DNA of 30,652 nt, taken from the NCBI RefSeq assembly GCF_006345805.1, contig NW_021832497.1, positions 1-30,652 on the forward strand, written 5' to 3'. This DNA is from Octopus sinensis. Lineage: Eukaryota. The notes below the pieces were generated by a model, which was not told where the DNA came from, ran no database searches, and saw only the letters and a list, made by a program, of their open reading frames with translations. Numbering within the stretch: position 1 is the stretch's first letter; every line of letters begins with the position of its first letter. Below are positions 1 through 13,011 of the stretch, one piece after another. Both the position numbers and the translations under genes were made by a program.

Positions 1-139
1 AAAGAATTATTTTTTTCCTACAAGACAATAACTCAGTATGTCTCTATCTCATTCATCGCTTCTGAGGATCTTTGTACTTTAGGAAGTAAATATCCCTTAA
101 CGTTCAGTCAAGCGTCTTCAATTTACTTCTTAAATTGTA

Positions 140-790
140 ACTCACAAGATCCTGACATAACTGTAAAATACGAGAAGATATATCGATAGGTTTTTTTCCT
201 CAGAAGAGATGAAGGAAGTAGATGCTTGAGATACTGGAGTCAGGTTTCGAATGCCGTTTAGTATTTCACAAACAGCACCTAATGAACAACAGTATCAAAG
301 ACACATACATAAAACTAGTCATGAAAATCGATAGGAAAACCGACTTTTCTACGTGTTGATACTGAACGATCCAACACTACTGGCTTCCTGACGAACTGGC
401 TCCTATACTTAAAACAATACTTTGTATTGGTATGATTCTTAACTGCAACAGTTCATCACGAGTCAAAAGTTAGGCGTCTGCAAATCATGAGCATATAATA
501 GCAAAAAATACCATCTAATCTAAGCAGACATTGAATTTCTTGGAACCCCAGGATGCAATTGAAAATGTCAATTGTGAAATTCCTCAAGAGAACATAACGA
601 ATTTGATCAGCGTCTGCTCCAGAATGTCAATGCATTACCTCTCAATGTCACATGGTGTTGTCGGTAAATGAGTAAATTATTCCATTCGAAAATTAGACTG
701 TTTTGGCATATCTATTGTGATCCCCACTATTATTGAAGAAATGCATAAACATCAACAATGAGAATATTGGAGGTACATCTCCATCAAATC
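140..790 (+). mobile_element. Highly decayed Penelope-like reverse transcriptase relic (tentative)
   Basis: Frame-broken peptides occur in the expected PLE RT order: QDPDITVK (~146, like the DKG-region lead-in), RHIHK (~300, like PKIHK), LAPILK (~395), LISVC (~603), LAYL (~702) and YWRYI (~765). Many stops and frameshifts; no intact catalytic motif. Confidence 0.4.
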
Positions 791-936
791 GTCTCCTATT
801 CACACATAGCACAAATGTATATATCATAGTTGTACAGGAAACACTAGAAAAGGATGGAGAACTACAGAGGTGAGAGCTAGGTGTGAATATTTTTTTCTAA
901 AGTGAAACTAAAACAGAACAAAGGACATATATGGTG

Positions 937-937
937 T

Positions 938-994
<57 letters not shown>

Positions 995-1004
995 TAGTAT
1001 ATAT

Positions 1005-1042
<38 letters not shown>

Positions 1043-1099
1043 TATATATATATAATTATAGTAGATTGATAATAGATAGATAGATAGATAGATAGATAG
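937..1099. repeat. (TA)n followed by (GATA)n microsatellites
   Basis: Seen directly. Confidence 0.9.
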
Positions 1100-1555
1100 T
1101 AAATAGATGTACCATTATACATACATACAGAATATAATTGTTAAACTTGATTTTGCTACTAAATGCTTAAGTGAATCTTTAGAAGCTATGGTATTCAGCA
1201 AAATAATCAACCGGCTAACATGCATGTAAGGAATACGATCTATAAACGAGATACAAAATTCATACAAGACATCCTTCAAATTCAAAATGTGGCATGTTTC
1301 CGTTGTCTAAATTTCACTGATAGAGCTTTTATATTTTAATTAACCAACTCCTTCCTTTAAGGAAGACTTATAATTTGAAAGTTAAAGAAACATCCAAACA
1401 TTAATCCATACACACACACATACACACACACTCTCTCTCTCTCTCTCTTTCATATACATACATACACACAGCATGTTGATGAACGGCACAATGTGACATT
1501 GGGAATCGAAATCATAACCTTATGATCATCAGCCGAAAAACCTCTCACACACACA

Positions 1556-1591
<36 letters not shown>

Positions 1592-2048
1592 TGTATATAT
1601 ATGTAAATATATATATATATATATATATAGATATATATACATATATAGACACACATATATACAAACATATATATATAGATACATACATGCATACGTACAC
1701 ACACATACAAACATGAATTTCTCCATATATGCGTGTATGTAGGCGTGGAAGAAGCACTTGTCTAATTTATAAAAGATAATTAGTTATTATCATCATAATT
1801 ATAATTATTGCCATGGACGTAAATATAGTCTGAACCAGTATGAACATCGTTATAAGTATGCTAATTCATCATTAGGTTTATCATTGTCACCATTGTAACA
1901 ATCTCATTAGTGGTATTATCAGTAACACGCTACAATTAATCATGCTAGACCGATGTTGTTGTCATTAGAAGTAATGATACGAATATCACAGATGAACAAT
2001 TATAATGTTTTACATCTAAGATGTATGTTCAATTTTTCGCCAAGCGGC

Positions 2049-2115
2049 CAGTTTATTCATTTCACTTCTAATTCATTTCACAGTTTATTCATTTAACAGT
2101 ATATTCATTTCACAG
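2049..2115. repeat. Imperfect 16-bp tandem repeat (CAGTTTATTCATTTCA), about 4 copies
   Basis: ATTCATTT recurs every 16 bp. Confidence 0.75.
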
Positions 2116-2519
2116 CTAATCTACACCTCTGCACAGCAATAATATAGATCTTTTGTGTTTTTTAATGTGTCACAATGAATCATTTTGTTTTTCTCTTAAC
2201 TTCGAGAGTAGCTCCCTTTCATATTAAATAACGAATGAAAAGCTTATGCATTATTAAGGTTGTATTATAAGCAGCTCTGGATATATTTACGAAATATTAT
2301 AGAAAATTCCACTGCATTTCCCCAGGGGAATTTGTAATTAATTCATAATGCGTGTGGTCTCGTTAGATTGCTTACAATAAATGATATCGTATCCAAACAT
2401 ATCATTTTCCTTTTACTTACAAGTGCAAAATTACTTGACCACAATATCAAGACAAAGTCATACTTACATGTATGCGTGTGTGTGTGTCGGGAATCTCTGT
2501 GTGTGTATGTGTAATGGGA

Positions 2520-2592
2520 TGCGAAGTCTCGTTGTTTAGTGGTTAGCGTATTGCCTTCACAGTTATAGGATCGTTGCTTCCAGTCTGAGAAT
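2520..2592 (+). mobile_element. Degenerate tRNA-derived SINE head
   Basis: A-box-like TTGTTTAGTGGTTAGCGT followed by a decayed B-box. It resembles the head of the SINE at 21877-22120. Confidence 0.4.
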
Positions 2593-2737
2593 AGTGATAC
2601 GGATAAAAAAGTATTGCACCGCTGCAACCAGTTGTAAGTAACACCTTAACGGACAAAGTTTCTGCAGAGGATCTACTGTCTTAACTAACGGGTTGCGCAT
2701 TATGACCAGCGGGTTATAAAAACATTTGGTAATCTGG

Positions 2738-2775
<38 letters not shown>

Positions 2776-3930
2776 CATATATGTTTGTAAGAAGATGTGT
2801 GTATAGATACACACCACACACACACACACACACAGATATATATATATATTATATATATATATATATTATATATATATATATATATGTTGTTATATTTCGG
2901 AATGGTCATATTGCCAGTTTAGCCAATATATATATATATATAACAGATTTTTATTCCCATGCTGGCCACCTGACAAGATCGGTATTTAAATAACGATTTT
3001 ATCCTTATTTATATAAATTTATATATGCACCTATATGTATATATGTAAGAATATAGATATGTGTGATTATGTGTTTGTATATGTTCATATATCTCTCTCT
3101 ATATATATACATACAATATATATATATATAGATAGGGAGAGAGAGGGTAGGGGAGAGGGAGAGGAAAACAGAAACAGAAATTGAAAGAGGCAAAAGTTAG
3201 GCTCAATGCTATTCGTTGTTAAAGAATATTTTGTAGAAATCTGACATAATCCTTTGAATCACTGACCAAAATAGGAAAAGTGGCCGTGGAATAACAGCAG
3301 TTGGATGTCTCATAAGACGTTTCATGCCAAAGTTTCAATTTCAATGTCACGCAACACCAGATATTTCCGTAACTGGACTACTTGACCGGTCACAGTGTCG
3401 CGTGTGGAGTGGTAGTTGGAGGGCAGCTCTTATAATACATATAGTGAAACTTGAAAAGCTGGAATTTCATGATTGGCAATCCGACTATGTCACGATAAAA
3501 TTATGGGCGCTGTAGGCAAAGGTGAAGGTCATCATACGAGAAATAATGGGGACGGAGAGCAATTCTCAATACGAAACTATGTGTGCATATGAAAACATAG
3601 GTTTAAAGGCATGTGTTTGTGTTCAAGGATATGCATGCTTAAACAAAAACGTGTGTAGAGAGATGTGCGCACTTTCAGATGTAAACACACACAGATGGAA
3701 ATGTACGGAGAATATATGAAGAGCTTTTTGCATATTGGGACGGTCATCACACCGCTAACCCACTAATAATAATGATATGCACTGGTACAGTGTCACTACT
3801 TAATCGTTAGTCAATGAGTTAAACATGTAGGTAACGAAGTAATGGATTGTTTGCGAATTGTTATTTGTATGCATACCGCCATATATATATGTATGTGTGT
3901 ATGTACTTATGTATTTATGTATGAATATAT

Positions 3931-4118
3931 CACCGTGATCACCGTGACCGACTAAGCTATGTGATGTTGCTACATATCGCTGGTCACAATGCGCTTCGCA
4001 TTGTTTTAGCCTTCAAATGACGCCATCCCGCTGGCTAAGCGAGCAAGCCTACAGAAGAAAGACTGAGAGTAAGGTGTGGCGAAAGATACAGCAGGGATCG
4101 CCACCCACCCCTGCCGGA
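3931..4118. repeat. GC-richer interspersed repeat fragment, unclassified
   Basis: Discrete block between microsatellites (CACCGTGACCGAC...GGGATCGCCACCCACCCCTGCCGGA). I recall it as a common octopus repeat; this is unverified. Confidence 0.45.
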
Positions 4119-4616
4119 ATGTATGAATATATACATGCGTATATATAAATAGAGAGACAGAGAGGGTGAGATAGATTGATAGATAGATAGATGTACAGTT
4201 AACCGTTACACACACACACATACGCACGCAAGCAAGTGCACACACATACACAGTAGGTATGTCGCTTAACAGAATAATTTGTATGACAGGTATAATTCAC
4301 GCTCAAACTTACGGCTTTAGACTTTTCATTGTGTTCTGTATCTGTGTGAAAACCTATTATTTTATTTCACATAGGGGCGGTGACATGTTTGCGTTATATA
4401 CAGTCTTTGAGAATGATTCAGTCCTTATTATAATGTCGTCCAAACGGTTAAGCAGTAAATTTAACTTTTTAAATATTTGGCGTGCATAGTCATTAGGAAT
4501 AACTACAGGTGAAACGATTTGTAGAAAAACGGCCAAAAATGTAGATTTTGCGACACAGCAGCACATAGCACAAGCTTTTGAAAATTAAAGAAAGTAAAAT
4601 AAAAAAAAATATATAT

Positions 4617-4876
4617 ATTGTATTGGGTGATGGGAGTAGTTAGTTAGTGTGTGTGTGTGTGTGTGTGATTTGGCGGTTACAGCTGAAACAATCACATATA
4701 TAATTATATTATAATATATATATATATATATATATATTGCGGTTATCAAGCTGAAACATCAATCATATATAAATTATATAAAGATATATTTTATATATGA
4801 TGATTTTTCAGCTTGATAACCGTCCCATCAACACACACACACACTTAACTAACTACTCCCCATCGCCCAATACAAT
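4617..4876. repeat. Inverted duplication (fold-back) of the LINE 3' tail
   Basis: 4617-~4700 is a reverse complement of ~4795-4876 with small indels. A second partial inverted copy lies at ~4739-4773. Confidence 0.85.
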
Positions 4877-5105
4877 CACTGCGTTGATGAGCCCTCAGAT
4901 GACATTTAAGACCAGTTGCAGACTGACAGCGTTTCAACCACAAGTGACAGATATTATTCAAGTTTCTTCTATATGTTTGCCCTTTGGAATCCGATACTGA
5001 AGAAATGTTTTTTATGACCTGGCTTTATGCCTTTCAAATTGACTCTACCCGTTAATGGATGTTGACTCTGTCCGTTATTGGAGCTGCATTCTTTTTGGTT
5101 TCTGC
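4795..5105 (-). mobile_element. 3' end of an RTE-like LINE (C-terminal C2H2-like motif, 3' UTR and tail)
   Basis: The minus strand reads ICHLWLKRCQSATGLKCHLRAHQRS, a decayed CxxC..GL..HxRxH motif. A QFERHK-like segment precedes it, and a short UTR ending in ATCATCATATATA follows it. Confidence 0.6.
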
Positions 5106-5608
5106 TCATGTGTGACCGTCAATATGCATGTGCGCTTGTGCATGCACATATTTATGTATGTATGTATGTATGTATGTATGTATGTATGTATGTATGTATG
5201 TGTGTATGTATTTTTGTATGTATGTGAGTATGAATATATGTATGCATGTATGCATGCGTGTGTGTACGAATTTATGTATATATATATATATATATGTATT
5301 CTGTATATTCATGTTTGTGCGTTTTTGTGCATGTGTGTGTATCTCTGTGTGTACCTCTGTCTCCCAGCTGAAGCGCATTTGAGTGACGCTACGCGTATGG
5401 TTTTGTGTGACTATGTACTTTCGTATGTTATGTATAGATATGTGTCTCCATATGTTTTTGCTAGTATGCGTGTGTGGAGTGTGCGTATGTATATGGTTCG
5501 GTCTCCTTTTGTCTGTGCTTTTGTTTGTATTACCTATGTAACAGTCTATCGACTCTCCTATGTATGTATTTGTTCACATATACATTCATTTACCTACCTA
5601 CATATATA

Positions 5609-5644
<36 letters not shown>

Positions 5645-5645
<1 letters not shown>

Positions 5646-6151
5646 GAAAATTGTAATGGAGATAAGTCTCCAGTATATAATACAGCTGTTTTTTTCGCTT
5701 GTATATGAATTAAAGATTAATAAAATTTGGTATACGCTAAAAATTTCAGATATTTGTCTTAAACATTCAGACAAGCAAATTCATAATTCAGATGTATGAT
5801 ATATTATTCTATTCAAACAACTACATATTTACATTAAGACATAGATGATAAAACTATAGTAATATAAGAATATACACATAAACAATAAAAAACAAAACAT
5901 AAAATTATATAAGGAGTACCATGAATGTAGAAAATATATATAGAATAGATTAAAGGAGGTGATGGAAAAGATCAATCAAACCTATGACCGTTTCAGAAAA
6001 GTGTTATGGGGCCATGGGAAATAATCCAAATTCAAGTCCCTGTATAAAAACATCTTCTTCCTCAGGGTTCCATTCTCGTGGTGAAATTTCAGATGGTTAT
6101 TGGGTATCGAATGGATGAATATAAATGACAGACCAAAAATAAAAGCAAATG
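5645..6151 (-). mobile_element. Non-coding HHR-bearing insert (PLE pLTR/retrozyme-like) between (TA)n runs
   Basis: Bounded by TA runs on both sides. It contains the HHR at 5974-6074 and a decayed HHR-like fold at ~5678-5795. Confidence 0.55.
5974..6074 (-). ncRNA. Type I hammerhead ribozyme with extended helix II; helix III pair lost
   Basis: Minus strand: GAACC, CTGAGGA (6065-6059), AGAAGATGTT...AACACTTTTCT (64 nt), GAAA (5994-5991), C-GGTC-ATA, GGTTT. Helix I is GAACC/GGTTT. The ATA triplet probably came from GTA by CpG decay. Confidence 0.7.
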
Positions 6152-6202
6152 TATATATATATAAAGTCAAGGTAGAAAATGGTAAAGTAATTTTATAAAA
6201 TA

Positions 6203-6724
6203 CTAGCAGTATCGCCCGGCGTTGCTCGGGTTTGTAAGGGAAATAACTATATAAGCATTTTTAGTGACTTATAGCAAAAAAAATAGCAAAAAAATGCATT
6301 AAAAATGGAATAAAAAATGATGGTAATTTTGGTGTCTTCAAGCCATGAAGTCGTTGTTCTAAAAGAACGCTGGTCTCCTTGAAAATGCTTTACGACGTTG
6401 ATTTCCTTAGACTCCCTTCCCCACAGCTTCACGAGGGAGGGAAGAGGGGGAGAAGCAGACACAGGTACAGGTGTTTGAGCGTGGACGCCAACTCCGCCGC
6501 CATCGACACACGAAAAAATATGCGTTAAAATGGAAAATGATGTTAAATTATTTTAAAATCGTAGACTCATCGTAGACGCGCGCTAATACCCAGACGGGCT
6601 CGATATTAATCACGACTATAAGATACCCGAAGTTGGTTAAACTGCACCGCAAAATGTGGGAGTAGTTAGGAATCTAAATCGTAGGAGACAGACACTCACA
6701 CAACTACAGTTTTATATATATAGA
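6203..6724 (-). mobile_element. Non-autonomous Helitron
   Basis: The minus strand starts TC (6724-6723) after an A and ends CTAG (6206-6203) before a T. A subterminal hairpin CCCG-AGCAACGC-CGGG lies just upstream of the CTAG. No TSD and no ORF. Confidence 0.8.
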
Positions 6725-8255
6725 TATTTCAGTACCGGTTTCAGTCATTGAGACTTTTTCAATTATAAGTATCGAAAACAATTAAATTTTAGAAAAATTG
6801 AAAGAATATTTGCATAGTGTTCAAATGCAAGGGGCATTTTCCTTGTTTCTGCCTGTCTCTGTCTCTCTTTTTTACACCTGTATGTTCGAGGTCGTTGTGA
6901 ATTCTTGGCAGGGAAGAAAAAAAAGGGAAGAAGAAGAAGGAGGAGGAGCAGTAGGAAGAGGAGAAGAAGAATGCGGGAGTGCCATGGTAGTAGTAAGATG
7001 TTAAATGTTCAAGTGCTTCCCCGGACAAACCAGAATGAATATCCCCTACAATCTAGCAAAATGGATATGTACTATAGTTTCTAATGCAAACACTAGATAC
7101 ACGAATACATGAACTAAATGATACACTCATAACCAGGAACTACCCACCTTCACTAATTGACATATGCTTTCAACGTGCTCTTCAACTCAACATCCACGAA
7201 CTCAGACATCCCAAATTAAAGAAGGATTTACAAACAAAAGCCCTACCATACATCTCCACACACAACCCTTTTAACAATGAAGCCTTCGACACCATCCTTC
7301 AAAAGTTTCCCCTACTAAAAGTAGGACCACAGAATGAACTTAATCCTCCAAACAAACACCATCATAAAAAGCAAGAGACAACCCAAATCTATGAAAAGTC
7401 TCGTAACAGAAGCCCGGATACGTTCAACAACAACACAGATGCCGTCAGTAAAGAAATGTGAAAGACCCAACTAGGTGATATGCGTCAATATAATGGGAGA
7501 GATCAGAGTTCTTCTTCAAACAGGGACAACGTTTCACACGTAAATGTATGACTTTGCACAGATTCCACATCAATATTCCCCAAAATAGAAATATAACATC
7601 GACATTTGAGCCAATAAAACAAATCCAAGCTTCAGAATTTTTCCCTTCTACCAATTCGGGGACAATACAACCTGTAGCCAATGAATTAGTAAAGAGACTC
7701 TCTTAATTACAAAATACAGACCCCTTTTGAACGCGTCTACAACAAACGACATATCCACCACGGCCTTAGAATAACACAACCACACACGCAAATATTAAAA
7801 ATGATACACTCAAGAGATTCCCAATAATTCATTAAAAATCAGTCCCAATCACTGCTCTAATCCATAACAATTACTTTCAGGTCACTTAACCAATTAACAT
7901 CATACTACTATGATACCACCTACATCGCTCCCTTATTCTCCCTTCTCTTTCCCATTCTTCTTCTTCGTCTTCTCCCTCTCTGCCACCTCCTTCCTAATTT
8001 TACCAGTATTGCTGTTTAGAATAGCACCTACGCAATTTTTTTTAAACAATACATTCAAAAGCGATGTCTCAAGAATTTCATTACTACCACCATCCACAAC
8101 AAGTCACTTTCAGGGCACTTGACCATTTAACATCCTACTACTACCATGGCACTCCCTCATTCTTCTTCTCCTCCTCCTCCTTCTTCCCTGCCAAGAATTC
8201 ACAGCGACTTCGAACCCACATTCATATTTCGGCGTTTTCTGTATTTTTCAAAATT
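6725..8255 (+). mobile_element. 5'-truncated Penelope-like element (Neptune-type) with an inverted pLTR copy
   Basis: The plus strand at ~7038-7740 encodes NIPYNLAKWICTIVS, RIHELNDTLITRNYPPSLID, LPYISTHNP, a Cys linker (VKKCERPN..IC), FRIFPFYQF and ETLLITKYRPLLN, with frameshifts. It is flanked by the inverted repeat 6879-7016 / 8115-8220. Confidence 0.8.
6727..6770 (-). ncRNA. Minimal hammerhead-like motif, U3-A8 core variant
   Basis: Minus strand: TTGAAAA (6762-6756), AGTC-tcaat-GACT, GAAA (6742-6739), C-CG-GTA. Helix III is the palindrome ACCGGT. Helix I pairs poorly. Confidence 0.5.
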
Positions 8256-10130
8256 TAAATTTTCTCTATTCTAACGTTCTTGTAGAGAAATTGTTTCTTT
8301 GCATTGATAGATGGGGAAACCTGCAAATTTTGGTCGGCTATACTCTGCACACCACTTTATGTTCACTCAATGAAATTTGTACTTTGGGAATCGGATCCGT
8401 TTCTTATATATAGTGTGGGTTTCTTTAATGTCTTACTTGTCTGCCCTACATAGTTATGTCCACAACCTGAACAAGTTATAACATAAATTAGATTCTCGGA
8501 AGTTCAAGTGAAGTTGGTTTCCCTTGTGAATATCCTCTCTCGTTTTAATAGCAATTCCAAGCTTTCCCGTAGGTCGGGACATGTTCCACAGTTTGGAAGT
8601 CCACATTTTTTAGCTATTGATTTCGTGGTTGTTGTGTAAAGCTCCTCATTTGTCAAACGTCTTTACAGCGATTTCTGTTGTTTTTTGCATTTGATGAATT
8701 AATATGTTTTCAGAATGTTCATTTTTTGGATCACTAGCTGGTATAGATAGAATTTGTACAATAGTATTGTGTGTCTTATCGATTCTAGGGTTGTGAGTTG
8801 ATATATACGGTGGTACATTGAAATGAGATGTAGTGCTACGTTGTTTTGTTTTTTTTTAGTGTTTAATGCCTAATTTCTTGGCATGCTTAATCCCATCATC
8901 TATATATGAGTGTGAATATTGTCTCTTAATGTTTTTCTTAGGTGCTGTAGACGGAAGTCCCGAGTAGTTCAATCAGACACTATTATGCAAATCCTTATCA
9001 CCAAATTAAAGGGGGTATTTCCTTTGATGTATTTCCCCTGGCATGAGCTAAACAGAAGATATTGCGTCTAGTCCGTTGATATATGATAAACGTCATTTAC
9101 AATTTTGTTGTTGGTTGTTTTATCATAATATCTAAGAAAGAGAGCTGTTCTTTGCTATACTCCATTGTAAATTGAATGTTAGGGTATATATTATTTAGTA
9201 TTGATTTGTATCCCAAAAGTTTATCAATGGTCTCATTCCAAATCATAAAGCGGTCATCCAGATATCTTTTCCAGTTCTCTCGTATATAATGGTGAAATTG
9301 ATACCCATTTATTTCTAGTGATACTTCGTATATGGTGAATTCTAAATATCCCATTATTAGGTTTGCAAGAGCAGGGATTGCTTTCGATCCCATCGCAATT
9401 CGACATTTTTGACAATAGTAGGTGTCATCAAATTCGAAGTCATTTTTCTGAAGTATATATTTTAAAGTTTCATTAATAAAAACCTGGTTTATGCGTTCCG
9501 GAAGTTCTTCGGGCTATTTTCCAGTCGGAAGTTTATTGCATAGTCATGTGGGATATTGGTGTAAAGATTGATAACATCGAAGGAAACCGATAATGTCTGT
9601 TCGTTAGTTGTTTTGGTAGGTGCTCAAGCATATCTAGATCGTCTCTAATGAAACTTTTTATATATTTCAGCACTTCCTTTGTCTGCTTCTTTAATTGCCA
9701 GTTCTTTCTCGTTTTGCAGTTCAATTAGTATTTTCCATTCTAAATTGTTGAGTTTTGAATTATCTCATCGCTTATGGAAAGTATCTGGGAAATGTTGGCT
9801 ATGGTCGCAGATGTCATCTGGCGTTTTACTCCTACCCTTAAGTGGGAGATAATTGCTTCCATTTCTAACCAGTGATCCGTCCTCGTTGTTGTAGTCAGTT
9901 AGTGCTTCTAATAGTCGTTGCGTTGTTTTCTTCAAAATTCCGAAATATTGTCTTTAATTTCATTCTGTTTAGATCTTCGTGGTGTTTGTGTAAATTTTAA
10001 TCCTTTAGATAATATACAGATTTTTGTTGCAGAGAGAGATCACTTTGATACAATTAATACTTTGTGTTCCTCGTGTATGCTTTGTTCCAACGTGTGTCCG
10101 TCTCCCTCTACTCGGTCTAAAATTGTTTAG
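8255..10130 (-). mobile_element. Near-full-span but deleted and frameshifted Penelope-like element (Neptune-type RT plus GIY-YIG)
   Basis: Minus-strand motifs in order: LSKGLKFTQTP (~10000), IKEADKG (~9685), IRDDLDMLEHLP, AMGSKAIPALANLIMGYLE, WKRYLDD, LSFLD, Cys linker CGLPNCGTCP (~8590) and GIY-YIG NLIYVITCSGCGHNYVGQTS (~8435-8495). Confidence 0.92.
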
Positions 10131-10981
10131 CAAATGAACTCAGTTTCACTCAGGTTTAATACATCATGTTGTTAGTGACCGTAGATTAAAAGCCGTTAAC
10201 GAGGTACATATTATGTTTGGAAGTTATAGATTCAGACAGTGAGTAGTTAAGAAAAGTAAGAAAAATAAGAAAACTGAAGAGAATAAGACATGCAATTAAG
10301 TAAAACATCAGGTGTGTCAGTACCCAGGTATAGTTACTCCCATTCCCATCCCACTCCCACACTTTCCTTTTTTATATAAATACACACATTCGCACATAAT
10401 GCGGACTTACGCAGATACCATTAAACTGTTCAACCATTCTTGTAGCGGGACATAGAATGCAGTTTTCATTTTTGTCAAAATGTATGTAAATTTGAGGCCG
10501 GACAAAAATTATAAGTATGCACAAAAGCACAACGAATTGACGAATTCAGCAATGTGACACGTTTGCAATAATTGTGGAATGTTCTTTAAGAGAGTCTCCA
10601 GGTTTGAAAGCCAAATCCGTTCTCACTTGACGAATTAACACTGTATTTGTGCTTAAGATGGCCAAGCTTTCAGAAACATAAATTTATATTCATAAACATA
10701 CACAAATACTCAAGCACCATACACACACACTCAATTAACATGCAAATTATATATCGAAGATTATATCAATAAATTTCAGCTAATTAATGAGACCAATATA
10801 AGACCTGTCGTAGTAGAGGTATTTTGGATGTAGCAATAATTCGTTACGGGAATCACTCTTTGTATTGAAATAATGTTTATAGCATTCCCTTTGCAAAAGA
10901 TCGTATGTATGTGCACGTTGGAATTAATTGTGTGTGGGTAGGCAGTCTCACACACACACAAACACGCACAAACACACAATG

Positions 10982-11031
<50 letters not shown>

Positions 11032-11094
11032 TATGTGTGTATGTGTGTATATGTGTGTGCATTTGTATTTATGTAAATTTATCTATCAATTTGC

Positions 11095-11663
11095 TTATAT
11101 ATATATATATACATATATACATTCTCTCCTCATTCACTATGCATATATACATAAATATACAAATATATATATACATACAAGCATATATATAAATGCACAG
11201 GCATATACATAACTTATTGTATATATAAAATGTAGATGTAATTATGATATAGGACCCTGGGGAGATTCGTGAAGTGTCACAGTTCTCATGTTCCATTCTC
11301 TCAACGTAATAAGTTTAATCATCCATTAACAGATACCATCAAAGAAAAAAGTCACGAAACTCACTTCATTTAAATAGATGATATTCTATTCTCCCCCCCT
11401 CACTCTCTTTCTTCCTTTATATATATATGAGTACATATACTTACTGGTTTATATCTCTTTACATATGTATATATGTCTGTGTATATACGTATGTGTAGAT
11501 ATACGTCTATATGCATGCATACGCAAATCCTGACATATGGATAGTATGTGATTATTTCCCTGCCACTATATATATTCATATATATATATATATATATATA
11601 CGCTTGTGTGTGTGTATGCATGTATGTATATACATATATATAATGTATATTATATGTATATAT

Positions 11664-11730
<67 letters not shown>

Positions 11731-12053
11731 GATATATATATATATATATATATGTATGTACATACATACGTATATATATATCAGTGTTTACGTGTGTTCA
11801 GAATTTTACAGTTATGTGGAGTTATGCGCTCATAACAAAGCAATGTATAACACAAAACTGTTACTTATGCGCGTGATAATTAACGTTAATTTCGTATATC
11901 TTCTGGTAGAATTTGAAATAATACTTCCCCGTGTTGTATTTTAATGTCAGAATCATATCGAATTCTGTCCTTCTCTTTCACTAAACTATGTATATATATA
12001 TATATATATATATGTATATGCGTGTGCGTGTGTGAGTGTGTGTGTATGCATAT

Positions 12054-12085
<32 letters not shown>

Positions 12086-12631
12086 TACATTCTCTCCTCA
12101 TTCACTATGCATATATACATAAATATACAAATATATATATACATACAAGCATATATATAAATGCACAGGCATATACATAACTTATTGTATATATAAAATG
12201 TAGATGTAATTATGATATAGGACCCTGGGGAGATTCGTGAAGTGTCACAGTTCTCATGTTCCATTCTCTCAACGTAATAAGTTTAATCATCCATTAACAG
12301 ATACCATCAAAGAAAAAAGTCACGAAACTCACTTCATTTAAATAGATGATATTCTATTCTCCCCCCCTCACTCTCTTTCTTCCTTTATATATATATGAGT
12401 ACATATACTTACTGGTTTATATCTCTTTACATATGTATATATGTCTGTGTATATACGTATGTGTAATATAGTCTATATGCACATATACGCAAATCCTGAC
12501 ATATGGATAGTATGTGATTATTTCCCTGCCACTATATATATTCATATATATATATATATATATATATATACTTATATATGATGTTTGTGTGTGTGTATGC
12601 ATGTATGTATATACATATATATTATATGTAT

Positions 12632-12683
<52 letters not shown>

Positions 12684-12938
12684 ATATATATCTATATATA
12701 TATATGTATGTACATACATACGTATATATATATCAGTGTTTACGTGTGTTCAGAATTTTACAGTTATGTGGAGTTATGCGCTCATAACAAAGCAATGTAT
12801 ACACAAAACTGTTACTATGCGCGTGATAATTAACGTTAATTTCGTATATCTTCTGGTAGAATTTGAAATAATACTCTCCCCGTGTTGTATTTTAAATGTC
12901 AGAATCATATCGAATTCTGTCCTTCTCTTTCACTAAAC

Positions 12939-12973
<35 letters not shown>

Positions 12974-13011
12974 TATATGTATATGCGTGTGCGTGTGTGA
13001 GTGTGTGTGTA

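Noticed and set aside
4915-4965. Minus-strand TTGAATA...GAAACGCTGTC as a hammerhead
   Set aside because: Helices I and II do not pair, and the sequence is better explained as the LINE C2H2-like coding end.
10405-10545. Possible minus-strand exon ending at a GTAAGT donor
   Set aside because: The frames are short, with no recognisable protein and no supported partner exon.
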